Assembly: GCA_001512665.1 (NCBI GenBank)
Contig: LFSF01000038.1
Span: 104,793 to 167,633, forward strand
Direction: 5' to 3'
Source of the DNA: Clostridiales bacterium DTU073
GTDB lineage: Bacteria > Bacillota > Peptococcia > DRI-13 > DTU073
DNA: 62,841 bases
The notes under the pieces were generated by a model. The model was not told the DNA's origin. It searched no databases and worked only from the letters and a program-made list of their open reading frames with translations. Of this stretch, positions 62,459-62,841 are shown one piece after another. The position numbers and the translations under genes are program-made. Position 1 is the stretch's first letter. Each line of letters starts with the position of its first letter.

Positions 62459-62629
62459 CTATCTGGCAAGACCTTTCTCGTTTAAATTTTTCCCAGATTT
62501 TTTTTCAAAATTATTAGTGTTAGTATGATTATGTTTACTGCTAATCTTTGCAAAATTACTATCTAGAGTATAATTCTTTCTTTCGTATGAGGAGACTTTT
62601 TCAATCCGTTCTCTATTCCACATATCCAT
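62459..62629 (-). CDS. Possible small hydrophilic protein (56 aa), not in the ORF track
   Basis: AAGGAAGG directly before ATG; MDMWNRERIEK...GLAR then TAG; followed by hairpin 62401-62432. Confidence 0.35.
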   Translation of the reverse strand: MDMWNRERIEKVSSYERKNYTLDSNFAKISSKHNHTNTNNFEKKSGKNLNEKGLAR

Positions 62630-62841
62630 ACCTTCCTTCTCTTTAAATATTTTAATGAGCTAACCGTCCAAATTTATTACTTATTATTGTACTATATAAA
62701 CTAATTTTTTGTCAATTTATATTTATTTTGACTATTCTTATAATAATTAAACTAATCCAGACAATAATTTTCATTAAATAAAAGGGTTCTATAATAAATG
62801 TTGGGGTAAGTAAAAAGGAAAACAAATAAAAATATAGAAAA

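Overview
Low-GC, spore-forming Firmicute (clostridial, Peptococcaceae-like gene order) chromosome segment that appears to span the replication terminus. A 28-bp dif site lies at 3752-3779, and gene orientation flips from mostly + (left) to mostly - (right) around it. Most of the window is conserved core: lexA/yneA, ddl, ynbB-like, spoVK, hfq, miaA, mutL, mutS, miaB, speA, mreB-like, guaB, spoVS, ymdB, rny, recX, recA, DEAD-box helicase, cinA, pgpA, pgsA, rimO, rodZ, ftsK/spoIIIE, ylzJ, tepA and rnj. Departures from the core: (1) a tightly coupled hydantoinase/oxoprolinase-A plus HDAC-family (with putative Zn ribbon) gene pair sits between mutS and mutL with no hydantoinase-B partner, and is the best candidate for an undescribed system; (2) a ~230-bp nested-palindrome element with long terminal inverted repeats lies at the pgpA 3' end; (3) a ~5.6-kb accessory island between an intact and a truncated hisC carries a MazF-type TA pair, an intact ISLre2-family IS with a 9-bp target duplication, an IS21-like end and an internally duplicated membrane protein; (4) smaller oddities include a duplicated spoVS 3' end, three genes that appear to start at ATT/ATA, a homopolymer frameshift and small Cys-rich proteins. 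I saw no rRNA, tRNA or CRISPR array. All calls are by eye from motifs and synteny; no database searches were run.
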